This document shows, in pieces, positions 1 through 7,420 of a stretch of 64,000 nt of DNA. The notes below the pieces were generated by a model that was given only the letters and a program-made list of their open reading frames with translations, ran no database searches and had not been told where the DNA came from. Position 1 is the stretch's first letter, and each line of letters begins with the position of its first letter. The stretch lies in the IMG/VR virus record IMGVR_UViG_3300045988_115142; one strand, given 5' to 3'. The translations under genes and the position numbers were made by a program. Source of the stretch: a virus.

Positions 1-3000
1 TCATTATATCTATCTTTCAATTCAAATACTTTTGGAGAAAGATTGATAATCTCCATACCGAATCTAGTTTTAATATCCATAGTAAGTTTCTTTAGATAGT
101 TAGTTACATCAATCAATTGATGTTTAGCTATCTTCTTACCATTGATAAAGATCATTGTATTCTCTTTAGTGATATTTCTATCAATCTTATCCATATCTAG
201 ATATAAGAATCCAGAGCTAGGAAGATAATTAATAGTACCGTTTTCATCAGAACCAGTATGGAATAATACTACAGAGAATTGACGTTGATTTTCACCATAT
301 CTAGGAATATCTGTAAGTGTAATTACACGATTATCGGAATCGATATAATATCTATTCTTATCAAGATATACTCCATCGTAGAATAACATCATGTAATCAT
401 TATAATCTACTTCAGATTTAAATAACTCTGGTAGATGGATAGTAGTTTCACCTTCAGATATACGGTTAGTGTATTCATGTTTATTTACATAAGCACCATT
501 ACCATTATATACGAAGATAAATCTTACATGTTGTCCAGGAATAAGTTTTTCATCTAATCCATCTTCAAATACAATAGCACTTCTATCCATAGTGATAGTA
601 TAATTATCAGATGGAATGAAGATACCACGCATATGAATAATGAATGGGATTTCTTTATTATTCTCTGGATATGGAATAGTGAATCTACGTTGACCTTTTT
701 GTTCAATCTTAACTTTAGCTTCATCCATAACGAATTTATTCTTATCGATAGAAGTAGATAAACTATAAGGAGTATAGTATCTATTTAAAGTTTCATAAGC
801 AAAGTATACAGTAATCTTAGTACCAGCAGGCATACCAGAATCGAAGTTAATAGAATTTCTATCTACTGTATATTTAGAAGGTTCTACATATTCACCATTA
901 GCGAATAAAACCATAGTATTCGGATTCATATCAATAGGAGAGAACCCAGGTAAGTCAACAAAGTCAGCATAAGGCATAGTTAAACTAATAGGGTAGAAGT
1001 TTATAGAGAGTACTTTATTAGAAAGATTTTCTGCATAGATAAATTCAATCTTATCACCAGTTCTATTAAAGTCTTCTCTATGCATGATTACTAACTTATC
1101 TCTAGTAATACCATAATCATTAGGATCCATTAATTTACCATTGAAGAATACCATATAAGAATCAGGTATATTTGCTTTAGGTAAAGTAATAGGATTTTCT
1201 GCTTTAGATGTAATAGTATAAGTATAATGAGAAATCTTGATATTGTTAGATTCAAGTTTCTTTTTGTCGGTACAAACTACAGCAGTTACATCAGTACCAG
1301 CTTTAACTGTATCTGTAAATATAATATGAGAACCTTCAATAGTATAAGCATTAGACTTTTGAATTTGAGAATTCTTGAATACTAATACTGAACGGTTATC
1401 GATCATATTTAAATCACCGAAGTCTACATCTGTAGTATCAGCAGCTACATTTACAGTCTTAGGTAAGTATTGGGTGGAGTTATTATCCGTAGGAATAGAA
1501 TACATATAAGGTTTAGTTGAGTAGTATGGGAATAAGAAGGTTACTTCTTCACCAATAATACACTCATCATCTTGGTCTAGGAATGTAATATACCATTTAT
1601 CCCCATCTTTATAAGTATAATAAGTTTCAGGAGATTTAAACAAACCATGTTTAAATACAGCTACAGCACCTTGAGCAGATGCATCGTAGTCTTTAAATGG
1701 TAATGGAATTTCAAAAGTAGTTTGCATATCACTAGTAGCATATGACATAATACTCTTGATAACCAAGTTATTAGTATATGATTCCAAACCCTTACCAGTA
1801 TTCATACCTAAATAGAATACTTCTACTCTATCTGTAGGTTTAACTGTCTTCATAGTATAAATAACTTTGAAGTTGATCTTAGGTTCAGATAAAGTAGGAA
1901 CTAGAGTCTTATAATAAATGCTATTCAATAAACGACCATTGATAAACAATAAGAACTTATCTTGATTATAAGCACTATTGAAATATAGTGGTAAAGAAAT
2001 AGCATTTGTTTCTTTTTTGATGTTTATCTTAGCGTATCTAAATTGGTTTACAGAACCTACATAGAGGTCTGTATTTATATATTCATCCTTAGGTAGTTTA
2101 ACCTTACCTGTCTCATAATCATATTTGATATTAAGAGGACACAAAGCATGATCACCTAGTTTATTAGTATATACTAATAACTCTTCTGGTGGAATATAAT
2201 AATCAGATACGTTTAGATATGTTTCATCTGTCTTATGTTCTTGGTCTATAGGTAATACTTCATTACGTATATTTTTAATATACACGATCTCAATGAAGTC
2301 ATTTACGCCAAGATTAGTAGGTTTGAATTTGAATGTATCGTGTTCATACACAATATCTTTATAGTACTCTGGAAGTTCATTGTTATGGAAGATCATTACA
2401 TAAGTTTCATTATGGAAGTTAGACTTACCATAAATATCTCTACTCATTGTAACCCAACCATCAGCATCCATTCGTTTTACTATATCGGTATAAGTGTATT
2501 CACAACAATGCATCGTACTATTCTTATCGAAGATAGGATCAAACTTATTCTTATCGTAGTCAAAGATATATTGAATAGAATTATTAATATTCTCTTCATA
2601 TGATAATGATGGAAGATGTTTAAAGTCGAATTCTTTTTGCATCAACTTCCTATCTATAGTATCAATCCCTGGTACATCGGTGATAGTTTCTTCAGCAGCA
2701 ATACGTCTAGCTAATACATTATTAGGGAAACGATTGATATAATCTTCTGAATCAATACCTTCATCGAAGTAAGTGACTACTGCAGATACAGGATGAGTTC
2801 TGAAGAATGGATCATCTATAGTCAATAAGTTCCCAGCATAAGTTACTACACGGTAGTATGTACTGAATTTACCATCAGGAGTAAATACAGCTACAGAACT
2901 ACGAGGTATCTTCTTCTTAGTATTAATATCCAACTTGAATTTTCTAAATTCTTGATTACGATATACTAATACTTTAGCTTTAGGATGCAATGTACCGACT

Positions 3001-3575
3001 ACGATATTACCAGTTGGGTCAAATAGACCTCGCTCATTAAATCTGAATTGAATCTTAGTACCATCTTTAGCATAACTATCTTCAGAATATGATACCTTTG
3101 TAGGAAGCATCAATATAGATACATCTTTTGGTTCATAATCGTAGTCATAACCATCAATAATAGCAGTAAGGTGTTTATTAGACTTAACCAACTTCAATTT
3201 AGACCATGGGATAAATACATCATCTACAAATAATAAGAATGGTGTGATGTATTCCTTTTCTACTGCATCTAGCATTAGACTTTCAAAGAAGTCCGGAGAA
3301 GTTCTAGAATAAACATAGTTATTCTTGATATCATATAAGTGAAGGAATAAGTTCTTACGTCTATGAAGAGTTCTATACTTACCATCTTTGAAGTGAAGTT
3401 TATCTGTACTAAAGCCAGGCTTAACAAGATAAGGAACTAAACCAACTTGTACGTTGTCTATAGCTTCTGCAGCTTGGGTACGCTTATATTCGGTGAGAGA
3501 TACTATATCGGAATAACGAGAGATCTCTTCTTCGGTATCTTTCCATTCATCTGGATTATGAACGTAGTTATCCAA
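1..3575 (-). CDS. Large repeat-built virion fibre/baseplate-like protein, C-terminus beyond window edge (>1190 aa)
   Basis: Missing from the ORF track because it runs off the window. The minus-strand frame is open from TTG at 3575 (AGGAGA 9 nt upstream; in-frame TAA at 3584-3582) down to position 3. I hand-translated it and re-checked segments near 3500, 2030, 650 and 80 without finding stops. There is no other ORF >=60 aa on this strand in 3.5 kb. At least 9 copies occur of a module like hhhF-x-[ND]-G-x(8-12)-Y-x(5-10)-I-x-F (VLVFKNSQIQKSNAYTIEGSHIIF; MVFFNGKLMDPNDYGITRDKLVIM; MVLFANGEYVEPSKYTVDRNSINF; MMLFYDGVYLDKNRYYIDSDNRVITL). Function is inferred only from repeat architecture and size. 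Confidence 0.6.
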   Translation of the reverse strand, partial: MDNYVHNPDEWKDTEEEISRYSDIVSLTEYKRTQAAEAIDNVQVGLVPYLVKPGFSTDKLHFKDGKYRTLHRRKNLFLHLYDIKNNYVYSRTSPDFFESLMLDAVEKEYITPFLLFVDDVFIPWSKLKLVKSNKHLTAIIDGYDYDYEPKDVSILMLPTKVSYSEDSYAKDGTKIQFRFNERGLFDPTGNIVVGTLHPKAKVLVYRNQEFRKFKLDINTKKKIPRSSVAVFTPDGKFSTYYRVVTYAGNLLTIDDPFFRTHPVSAVVTYFDEGIDSEDYINRFPNNVLARRIAAEETITDVPGIDTIDRKLMQKEFDFKHLPSLSYEENINNSIQYIFDYDKNKFDPIFDKNSTMHCCEYTYTDIVKRMDADGWVTMSRDIYGKSNFHNETYVMIFHNNELPEYYKDIVYEHDTFKFKPTNLGVNDFIEIVYIKNIRNEVLPIDQEHKTDETYLNVSDYYIPPEELLVYTNKLGDHALCPLNIKYDYETGKVKLPKDEYINTDLYVGSVNQFRYAKINIKKETNAISLPLYFNSAYNQDKFLLFINGRLLNSIYYKTLVPTLSEPKINFKVIYTMKTVKPTDRVEVFYLGMNTGKGLESYTNNLVIKSIMSYATSDMQTTFEIPLPFKDYDASAQGAVAVFKHGLFKSPETYYTYKDGDKWYITFLDQDDECIIGEEVTFLFPYYSTKPYMYSIPTDNNSTQYLPKTVNVAADTTDVDFGDLNMIDNRSVLVFKNSQIQKSNAYTIEGSHIIFTDTVKAGTDVTAVVCTDKKKLESNNIKISHYTYTITSKAENPITLPKANIPDSYMVFFNGKLMDPNDYGITRDKLVIMHREDFNRTGDKIEFIYAENLSNKVLSINFYPISLTMPYADFVDLPGFSPIDMNPNTMVLFANGEYVEPSKYTVDRNSINFDSGMPAGTKITVYFAYETLNRYYTPYSLSTSIDKNKFVMDEAKVKIEQKGQRRFTIPYPENNKEIPFIIHMRGIFIPSDNYTITMDRSAIVFEDGLDEKLIPGQHVRFIFVYNGNGAYVNKHEYTNRISEGETTIHLPELFKSEVDYNDYMMLFYDGVYLDKNRYYIDSDNRVITLTDIPRYGENQRQFSVVLFHTGSDENGTINYLPSSGFLYLDMDKIDRNITKENTMIFINGKKIAKHQLIDVTNYLKKLTMDIKTRFGMEIINLSPKVFELKDRYN

Positions 3576-3612
3576 TTTCTGTTATCTCCTTTCATAAAAT
3601 AAAGCAAAGAAA

Positions 3613-3638
3613 GATGTAGGGTAATTATACCCTACATC
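3613..3638 (-). terminator. Intrinsic terminator of the minus-strand gene 3647..4576
   Basis: GATGTAGGGTA-ATTA-TACCCTACATC. On the minus strand it is followed by TTTCTTTGCTTT. Confidence 0.75.
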
Positions 3639-3646
3639 ACCTTTAG

Positions 3647-4576
3647 CTAAGCAATTTCAGTATAAATAATATATTTACCGTAAGAAACTAGACTAGTACC
3701 AAGTACTTTTTCAATTGTCTTTTGATTGTTTAAGTATACACCACAGAAAGCATCTGTAATCATAGTAATCAAAGCAGGAACGTATTCAGCACCAAAGATA
3801 GTAGCAGGTCCATATAAATACATCCATTTTTCAATGAATAAAGTTGTAGTTAAACGATCAAGTTTGAATGTTTCTTTAATAAACTCAATGAATGTAGGAA
3901 GATCTTTATAATCTTCTTCATTAGCTACGATAGAAAGAGTCTTAGCTTCAATAGGTCGAACACCAGCAGCTTTAGCAGCTAGTTCAATAACCTTATCTTC
4001 ATTTACATCTAATTCTGCTACTGATTGAATGAAGTAACGAGCAGCATGATACATCATCTTATCTTTTTGACCAGGAATATTAGAAATATTACCTACGAAG
4101 TCAATAATATGAGTAAATAGACGAGCATAGATGTAAGTTAAATCGATAAAGTTCTTACTTGTATTTACATAAGTCTTAGGGATTTTATTATAAACCATAT
4201 TTACTTTAGCAGATACAAGATAAGCAATCAACGTTTCAATATTAGCATTGAAACGATTGTTCTTATTTGTTTTAACCAATCCAGTTACATCGATATAGAT
4301 TTTCTTATTTCTTTTATCTCTACCATCGCCAGAGTAAATTACTTTAAATGGACGAGGGAAAGGTTTCTTTGGTACAAGAAGTACACAGTTTTCAGAAGTA
4401 AGAATCTTCATCAAATAAGCTGGAGCATTACTACGTTTTACTGGGCTAGCAATGTCTTCGATAAATTCCGTTGTGTTTTTATCTATTCTGGAACCATGCA
4501 TAATTTCTTTAAGCATGTCTTGTTCATTTAGCTTATAGCTTTGAAAAATAAAGCCATCTGTAATAGATTTAGCCAC
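3647..4576 (-). CDS. Hypothetical protein (possibly virion-associated by context)
   Basis: 309-aa track ORF directly upstream of the fibre-like gene on the same strand. Terminator hairpin 3613-3638 follows its stop. No motif recognised. Confidence 0.75.
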   Translation of the reverse strand: MAKSITDGFIFQSYKLNEQDMLKEIMHGSRIDKNTTEFIEDIASPVKRSNAPAYLMKILTSENCVLLVPKKPFPRPFKVIYSGDGRDKRNKKIYIDVTGLVKTNKNNRFNANIETLIAYLVSAKVNMVYNKIPKTYVNTSKNFIDLTYIYARLFTHIIDFVGNISNIPGQKDKMMYHAARYFIQSVAELDVNEDKVIELAAKAAGVRPIEAKTLSIVANEEDYKDLPTFIEFIKETFKLDRLTTTLFIEKWMYLYGPATIFGAEYVPALITMITDAFCGVYLNNQKTIEKVLGTSLVSYGKYIIYTEIA

Positions 4577-4706
4577 TATATATCATCCTTTCATTAAACG
4601 AAACGGGGGTATTTTAGTAATTTTACTACTATGTTTTTGTAATCTATTTGTACCGGCACATCATTATAAAATGCGAAAGTTTATAATTTTTAATAGGAGA
4701 ATAAAA

Positions 4707-5048
4707 ATGGCTAATTTATTAAAAGAGACTCTAGAAGTATTAGATAATTTAGGGATAAAAGAAGAAGAAGTAATATACGTTGTTAATAGAGAGAAACCTA
4801 AAGATTGTAAGTTTATGACTTGGGAAATGTTTAAGGATATAGCTAGATATAAAACATACGATGAAGGTCTTGGTACTGTTGAGGTTAATACCGATATTAT
4901 CATCTATACTGTCGACTATATTCTATACCGTCATGAATATGATGGGGCAGAAAGATGGGAAGAAATCCCAACACCAGAACACATGCACGAATTATTATCC
5001 GGTAAATCACCAGAAATATTCTCTATTGATGGTCATGATTTTTACTAA
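4707..5048 (+). CDS. Hypothetical protein
   Basis: Track ORF 4671..5048. The ATG at 4707 has TAGGAGA upstream at good spacing, so the MANLLKETLE... form is preferred. No motif recognised. Confidence 0.7.
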   Translation: MANLLKETLEVLDNLGIKEEEVIYVVNREKPKDCKFMTWEMFKDIARYKTYDEGLGTVEVNTDIIIYTVDYILYRHEYDGAERWEEIPTPEHMHELLSGKSPEIFSIDGHDFY

Positions 5049-5105
5049 ACTGGTTATCTTTTACAATAATTGTATATTATAATAATGGGAGGAATAAGTC
5101 GAACA

Positions 5106-5870
5106 ATGGTCTTAAATAGTGATTTAACAAAATCTTATATCAAAATTATTGAAGATATTGTATTACAAGATAAAGATTTTAAAAGTAGTTACGAATGTAA
5201 CGGTATCAAAGTCCCAAGAGTAACATCAGTTCTTGGGAGAACTATCCATGATGATTTTTTGATGTATTGGGCTAATAGTTTAGGATTTAAACGTCAAAGT
5301 TATAGAAAAGTATTAAACCATGCAGCGAATATTGGTACAGAAGTACACAATTACCTTGCTAAACTTATAACTAATTCACCAAATCTAGAACCAGGTCATG
5401 ATTTGATGCAGGAATCGGTTAATTGTATTGAATCGTTTGAAACTTGGTGGAGAATGCTTAATGACAAGCACAAAGTAACGGTATTAGGTTCTGAAAAGAC
5501 TCTAACTTGTCCATACTTTGGTGGTACTTATGATTTACTACTATCAGTAGATGACAGAATCTTCTTAATGGACTTTAAGACTTCTAATCAAGTATCTTTT
5601 AAGTACTTCTTACAATTAGCAGCTTATAGATATCTTTTATGGTATTGTGAAGGTATTGAAGTTGATGGATTTACTATACTTCGAATGGATAAACGTGATA
5701 GTGTATTTGAAGTAGTTCATTGTGATATGAATATACCAGAACAAGCTGAATTTATGGAATATTGTCATCAGATGTTCTTTAGTCTATTGACTTCCTATAA
5801 CTATATCCTAAATATGGAGAATAAGTTCAAAGATATTTACAAGGAGCTAAAATGGTCGAACGCATTTTAA
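5106..5870 (+). CDS. PD-(D/E)xK nuclease, RecB/Cas4-like exonuclease family
   Basis: Ordered motifs typical of this family: RVTSVL near the N-terminus, GTEVH, GGTYDLL (motif II Asp), MDFKTS (D/E-x-K) and QLAAYRYL (QxxxY). Start 5106 (GGGAGGA upstream) is preferred over track start 5070. Confidence 0.65.
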   Translation: MVLNSDLTKSYIKIIEDIVLQDKDFKSSYECNGIKVPRVTSVLGRTIHDDFLMYWANSLGFKRQSYRKVLNHAANIGTEVHNYLAKLITNSPNLEPGHDLMQESVNCIESFETWWRMLNDKHKVTVLGSEKTLTCPYFGGTYDLLLSVDDRIFLMDFKTSNQVSFKYFLQLAAYRYLLWYCEGIEVDGFTILRMDKRDSVFEVVHCDMNIPEQAEFMEYCHQMFFSLLTSYNYILNMENKFKDIYKELKWSNAF

Positions 5871-6379
5871 TAAGATATATAGTCGGTTATTCTATGACTA
5901 TACAAAAACTAAGATGGTTTGCTCCTATTCTTTACTCTATAGTATTATGGTTCTATACTCTTAGCTTCAAATCCACTATAAAGCGATTATTTAAGAGAAA
6001 TAATCTCTATTGGGCAGCATTATGGACTTTTGAGTTAAGTAAAAATAATACTAAGACACATAGCCTATATCTAAATAAACCTATTGGTAGTAAGCTTAAG
6101 TATAATATGATTAGGTTTGTAGGACCAAGTTATAAAGTAACTAAAGATGATATGTACTTTATCGATATCGGTATATTTAGAAACCGTTTGATGAGATATA
6201 AGGTCTGTCCTTATGATGATGATAGAGTTTCTTGGTCATTATATGAATTAAAACCGAATAGGTATATAGATTCAGGTAATTATAGATTACCTCAATTAGA
6301 ATCTGAAATAACCAATGAGTTAGTAGAAATATGTGTACAACTATTCTTAGAACAAGCTAATGAAATTTATAATAAGTAA
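5852..6379 (+). CDS. Hypothetical protein with N-terminal hydrophobic segment
   Basis: Track ORF with AAGGAG 6 nt upstream of the ATG. Overlaps the upstream gene by 19 nt. Hydrophobic stretch LRWFAPILYSIVLWFYTLSF. Followed by a strong terminator. Confidence 0.7.
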   Translation: MVERILIRYIVGYSMTIQKLRWFAPILYSIVLWFYTLSFKSTIKRLFKRNNLYWAALWTFELSKNNTKTHSLYLNKPIGSKLKYNMIRFVGPSYKVTKDDMYFIDIGIFRNRLMRYKVCPYDDDRVSWSLYELKPNRYIDSGNYRLPQLESEITNELVEICVQLFLEQANEIYNK

Positions 6380-6395
6380 TTTTGCGAAAAAGCCT

Positions 6396-6419
6396 CCGTT
6401 ACCAGATATCTGGTAACGG
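6396..6419 (+). terminator. Intrinsic terminator (perfect 24-nt palindrome CCGTTACCAGAT/ATCTGGTAACGG plus T-run)
   Basis: Perfect inverted repeat read directly, followed by GACTTTTATC. Lies 17 nt after the stop of 5852..6379. Confidence 0.8.
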
Positions 6420-6442
6420 GACTTTTATCATAAAATTCTCTT

Positions 6443-6460
6443 CCGGTTTTTCTAAACCGG
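6443..6460 (+). other. Second small hairpin CCGGTTT-TTCT-AAACCGG
   Basis: 7-bp stem with a 4-nt loop, read directly. No clear T-run, so the role is unclear. Confidence 0.5.
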
Positions 6461-6516
6461 CAAAATAAACCAAGAACCAAGAATTGACTTATAAAGTTTG
6501 TAGTTAATTCTATAGA

Positions 6517-6546
6517 TTGAGATAATCTACAGTGTGTATTTATAAT
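6517..6546 (+). promoter_or_regulatory. Candidate sigma-70/SigA-type promoter (TTGAGA - 18 nt - TATAAT) pointing into the ORF-free region
   Basis: -35 TTGAGA at 6517-6522 (5/6 to TTGACA) and consensus TATAAT at 6541-6546 with an 18-nt spacer. It lies downstream of the terminator. Such matches can occur by chance in an AT-rich genome. Confidence 0.4.
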
Positions 6547-6862
6547 GTATTTAGCTTTTTTCTGATTTGTCTTATATATGATTTTGATAAGTTTACAGTT
6601 TATCTAAAATAAATAAGAAATGTGGTTAAGTCTAATTCTATTACATCATCTTATTCCATATCAAAAATATAAAAGGTAATGTGATGTTTTGCGAATATGA
6701 ATAAAATGAAGGGTTCTTGGTTATGAATTATTAGAAGTATAACAGGGTAATCGTTTAGATTGTTGTTTGACGTATTATAAATGAAAGATGGTCTAAATCG
6801 TTACCACAATTATATTCTAATTATTTATATGTAAATTGATGTAATAAAAAATAAAGTAGGGT

Positions 6863-6886
6863 GGTCTACTCCATATGGAGTAGACC
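6863..6886. other. Perfect 24-nt palindrome GGTCTACTCCAT/ATGGAGTAGACC inside the ORF-free region
   Basis: Read directly. Not followed by a T-run on the + strand. Confidence 0.6.
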
Positions 6887-6901
6887 GAGTACACACATCA
6901 T

Positions 6902-7021
6902 TAGTTTGGAGCAGCAATGTACGCTTAAGGAAGAAGATACTAGTTTGGCATTAAACGTACAGTATTAAGAGTCATGTTAAGTAGTGTAAGACAGAAAGGT
7001 CCACAAGGAGCTTTAGTTTGG
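6902..7021 (+). repeat. Three direct copies of TAGTTTGG (6902, 6941, 7014)
   Basis: Exact 8-mers within 120 nt. An inverted partial copy CAAACTAAAG at 7030-7039 pairs with the third copy. Confidence 0.6.
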
Positions 7022-7339
7022 CCATCAAACAAACTAAAGTATTATATTATCTATAAGGAAAGTTACTATAAACGAACAACAGTAGTTATTTAAGCATAGG
7101 AGTTTTTATAGACCTGATTTTAAATATGTTAATCAACTAAAAACCATATTTAAAACCAACACGAACGGTCTATATCATGTCAAGTATCTTTTTAGTCAGC
7201 AGGCTAAAAACGAATATAAACTAATCACCAAATTTATATTCTTGTAAGTTCACATTTGTTATGGCTGTGTAAAACAAAATGTGACTGATTAAGGTATATA
7301 TTTTATAAGAGGAAACAAAACTAGTATCTTTCTTCCTTA
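6926..7339 (+). ncRNA. Candidate structured RNA domain (~410 nt): 21-bp closing helix around five local hairpins; class unknown
   Basis: 6926-6946 (TAAGGAAGAAGATACTAGTTT) pairs with 7318-7339 (AAACTAGTATCTTTCTTCCTTA), with one bulged T. Enclosed hairpins: 7011-7020/7030-7039 (10 bp); 7107-7114/7167-7174 (8 bp) containing 7118-7128/7145-7155 (11 bp); 7189-7195/7204-7210 (7 bp); 7213-7220/7233-7240 (8 bp); 7250-7257/7277-7284 (8 bp). There are stops in all frames. Strand is assumed from flanking genes and the upstream promoter. Confidence 0.4.
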
Positions 7340-7420
7340 CAATATAGTTCTCAAATTAAAATGTAAAGTTGCTCTAACACGACCATAAGAGACACTTTAA
7401 GACAATTTTAGGGGGATAAT

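Noticed and set aside
2340-2603. 87-aa + strand ORF in the track, the only track ORF in the first 3.5 kb
   Set aside because: It lies antisense within the long open minus-strand fibre-like ORF. It has no SD, and its Ile/Phe-rich composition is typical of an antisense frame in AT-rich DNA.
6380-7420. Possibility that the ORF-free region is a protein gene read with a reassigned stop codon, or holds tRNA genes, or is a group I intron in a split gene
   Set aside because: TAA, TAG and TGA all occur repeatedly in every frame, so no single reassignment opens a frame. I find no tRNA-like T-arm (GTTCRANYC) or cloverleaf. The upstream gene ends with its own stop and terminator, and the downstream gene has its own SD and ATG, so there are no exon halves to join.
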